From assembly GCA_963768855.1 (NCBI GenBank), contig CAVYJM010000024.1:1-24730 (forward strand): a stretch of DNA of 24,730 nucleotides, written 5' to 3'. The notes beneath the pieces were generated by a model. It was given only the letters and a program-made list of their open reading frames with translations, made no database searches and was not told the origin of the DNA. A program made the translations under genes and the position numbers. Position 1 is the first letter of the stretch; every line of letters starts with the position of its first letter. This document shows positions 22,689 through 24,730 of the stretch, in pieces. Origin of the DNA: an uncultured Thermoplasmata archaeon. Its GTDB lineage: Archaea; Thermoplasmatota; Thermoplasmata; RBG-16-68-12.

Positions 22689-24567
22689 GGTCCAGGGAGA
22701 GGTGCTGATCGCTGCCGAAGGGCTGCGAAAACACTTCCCCGTCCGGGGAGGCTTCCTCCAGCGGGAGACGGCTCGCGTCCGGGCGGTGGATGGCGTCAAC
22801 CTGGCGATCCACCAAGGCGAGACCTTGGCCCTCGTCGGGGAGAGCGGTTGCGGCAAGACGACGCTTGGCCGGCTCCTCCTCCGGGTGATCGAGCCCACCG
22901 AGGGGGATGTGTTCTATGACGTTCCGGGGGACGAGTACCTCCGGTACAGAGACGGTCGAAGACGATCCAGGGAAACGGGGTCCGGCCCGCAGTCCGAGGA
23001 CTTCGAACAAAAGTATGCCATTACGAGGAGGGACCGCCTCACGGAGGCCGGGCATCTTCGACGGTCGCTTCTGCTCGCGCTGGCCGCGGCGACACTCGCC
23101 TCCCTCGTTGTCCCTTCCCTTCTCATGGTCGTCGCGGGATTGCCCTTCGACAATCTCTGGGCGGTCATCGGTTTCGGGATCCTCGTAGGAGTCCTCGCGG
23201 GGATCGTAGGTTCATTCCTCCTGACCGCGAGCATGGCGCGCTTTCCCGCCATCCTCGCAGGGATTGCTCTCGTGATGGTGAATGTGGACACGGTCCTCGC
23301 GCAGTGGATCGGTTCCGGTCTCGTTGGAGGAGGCCCGTTCGATGCGGGGACCGCCTATGTAGCCGCGTGGGAGGCGGGGAGCGTCGGAATGATCCTCGCC
23401 ATCCTCCTGGCTCCCATCGCTGCGGACGCGTGCGCCCGGGTCTTCCTCAGGTACGTGCGACGCGCGGCGCGATCCACCCATCACCGGCTCCGGACCATCC
23501 GCCGAGACATGCAGTCCGTCTTCCAAGATCCGTTCACCTCCCTGGACCCGCGGATGCTCGTGAAGGACATCGTCATGGAACCCATCCTGGTCAACCGGCT
23601 CATGGCACGAGCGGAGGCCGAAGAACGGGCGGCGGCCCTCCTTCAGGAAGTCGGGCTCCGGCCGGATTACCTGTATCGCTTTCCCCACGAATTCTCGGGA
23701 GGGCAGAGACAGCGAATCGCGGTGGCCCGGGCCTTGGCGCCCAGCCCCAAGTTCCTCCTCCTGGACGAGCCCACGTCGGCCCTGGACGTGTCCGTCCAGG
23801 CTCAGATCCTCAACCTGCTGAAGGACATCCAGCAGCAACAGGGGTTGACGTATCTGCTGATCACCCACAACCTCAGCGTCGTCAAGCAGATGGCGGACCG
23901 CGTCGCCGTCATGTACCTGGGGAAGATCGCCGAGCAGGCGGCGACGGCCGAGCTCTTCGAATCGCCCCTCCATCCCTATACGAGAGCCTTGCTCTCGGCG
24001 GTGCCCGTTCCCGACCCGAGACGGACGGCGGGACCGGATCATCCTCCCGGGAGATGTCCCGAGCCCCATGGACCCGCCGTCGGGATGCCGCTTCCACACC
24101 CGATGCCCCGCGGTGCTCCCCGTGTGCGGCTGGGGTCCGAAGGACATGGCTCCCCTGGCGAGGCATCTCTTCGACGCCTCGAGCAACCCGAAGGCCGTGG
24201 GGCTGCCGCCGCTGGAGGAGGTGTCCATCAAAGGACAGAGGCTCCGCCTCCTCTTCGGGAAGGCGCAGCCGACGGACGGCGAGCGGAAGCTGGTGGAGGC
24301 CCTCGTGAACGAGCAGCAGGGAGACGGCCCCTACAAGATCATGTTCCAAGCGGTGCGCCGAGTGTCCCTCCACGATTCCTCGATCGACCTGGAGTTCCTT
24401 CCCCGCGCGAACCGGAGATGATCGAGGTGACCCCACGACACGAATGCGCCTGTTTCCTGTTCCCGACGGGCGTGAAGGGCGAGTCCGTCTGGGGGCCTGA
24501 AGGTCCACCTGGAGACGTGGAGGTGGGCGGCACCCCGCTTCCGTCGGTGGACGTGGCGGGAGGATAG
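22672..24567 (+). CDS. dppF: DppF/OppF-family ABC ATPase with an inserted 4-TM domain and an inserted C-terminal domain; two compensating frameshifts (about 24025 and 24405)
   Basis: [49 protein letters not shown] and [14 protein letters not shown]. The C-terminal motif continues in the +1 frame ([24 protein letters not shown]) and returns to the original frame for [16 protein letters not shown] 22672 follows GGAGG; ATG 22681 is an alternative start. Confidence 0.9.
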   Translation: MVLMREVQGEVLIAAEGLRKHFPVRGGFLQRETARVRAVDGVNLAIHQGETLALVGESGCGKTTLGRLLLRVIEPTEGDVFYDVPGDEYLRYRDGRRRSRETGSGPQSEDFEQKYAITRRDRLTEAGHLRRSLLLALAAATLASLVVPSLLMVVAGLPFDNLWAVIGFGILVGVLAGIVGSFLLTASMARFPAILAGIALVMVNVDTVLAQWIGSGLVGGGPFDAGTAYVAAWEAGSVGMILAILLAPIAADACARVFLRYVRRAARSTHHRLRTIRRDMQSVFQDPFTSLDPRMLVKDIVMEPILVNRLMARAEAEERAAALLQEVGLRPDYLYRFPHEFSGGQRQRIAVARALAPSPKFLLLDEPTSALDVSVQAQILNLLKDIQQQQGLTYLLITHNLSVVKQMADRVAVMYLGKIAEQAATAELFESPLHPYTRALLSAVPVPDPRRTAGPDHPPGRCPEPHGPAVGMPLPHPMPRGAPRVRLGSEGHGSPGEASLRRLEQPEGRGAAAAGGGVHQRTEAPPPLREGAADGRRAEAGGGPRERAAGRRPLQDHVPSGAPSVPPRFLDRPGVPSPREPEMIEVTPRHECACFLFPTGVKGESVWGPEGPPGDVEVGGTPLPSVDVAGG

Positions 24568-24571
24568 GGGC

Positions 24572-24730
24572 TCAGACGATCCGACGATGGTGGCGGAGAA
24601 TCTCGACCACCTCGGGGACCGGGAGCTCCGGCGACGTGTTCCCATCCCGGCCGACGACGGTCTCCGCGGTGAACAGGGAGTCCACGATGGCCTCTTCGGT
24701 CGCTTCGACGGCGGCCAGGAAGAGCGAATC
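24572..24730 (-). CDS. C-terminal end of a P1/S58 (DmpA-like) aminopeptidase; the gene runs off the window
   Basis: The minus-strand frame reads DSLFLAAVEATEEAIVDSLFTAETVVGRDGNTSPELPVPEVVEILRHHRRIV*. This matches the DmpA-family C-terminal pattern LF.AA.EATEEAI.NAL..AET..GRDG. Confidence 0.75.
   Translation of the reverse strand, partial: DSLFLAAVEATEEAIVDSLFTAETVVGRDGNTSPELPVPEVVEILRHHRRIV

Noticed and set aside
24025-24405. Low-complexity Pro/Gly/Ala domain in the track translation of DppF
   Set aside because: It is a wrong-frame product between two indels. The +1 frame holds the conserved motifs.
1-24730. tRNA, rRNA, CRISPR arrays, IS elements
   Set aside because: I saw no cloverleaf, rRNA signature, regularly spaced repeats, transposase motif or terminal inverted repeat with target duplication. 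This was a manual read, so tRNAscan-SE and Infernal would be needed to exclude atypical RNAs.

Overview
Almost all of this window (about 695-24730) is GC-rich archaeal chromosome, roughly 65-70% GC by eye. It carries TBP, TFB, ribosomal eL33/L35Ae, archaeal TATA-type promoters and a sequon-rich surface protein. A Thermoplasmata-like host is my inference. The first ~694 bp are an AT-rich block of small phage-like ORFs, joined to the GC-rich DNA at a junction that truncates a gene on each side. The middle holds mostly stand-alone genes: an EamA transporter, a BBE-type FAD oxidase, a SRPBCC-like protein, a membrane-anchored HelD-like helicase with an embedded nuclease-like domain, a DHFR-family protein, a methyltransferase, an SDR, a degenerate Rab-like GTPase and an ABC-F ATPase. 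The standout is a heavily remodelled Dpp/Opp-type ABC importer at 15512-24567. Its DppF-like ATPase has a four-helix transmembrane domain inserted inside the nucleotide-binding domain. Its two ATPases also share a ~75-aa domain I do not recognise (about 45% identical by manual alignment), inserted at different sites. The DppF copy of that domain is hidden from the ORF track by two compensating frameshifts. A DmpA/P1-family peptidase converges on the operon at the window edge. Four indel-like frame disruptions (tbp, the GTPase start, and two in dppF) suggest sequencing or assembly errors. I found no rRNA, tRNA, CRISPR array or transposase.
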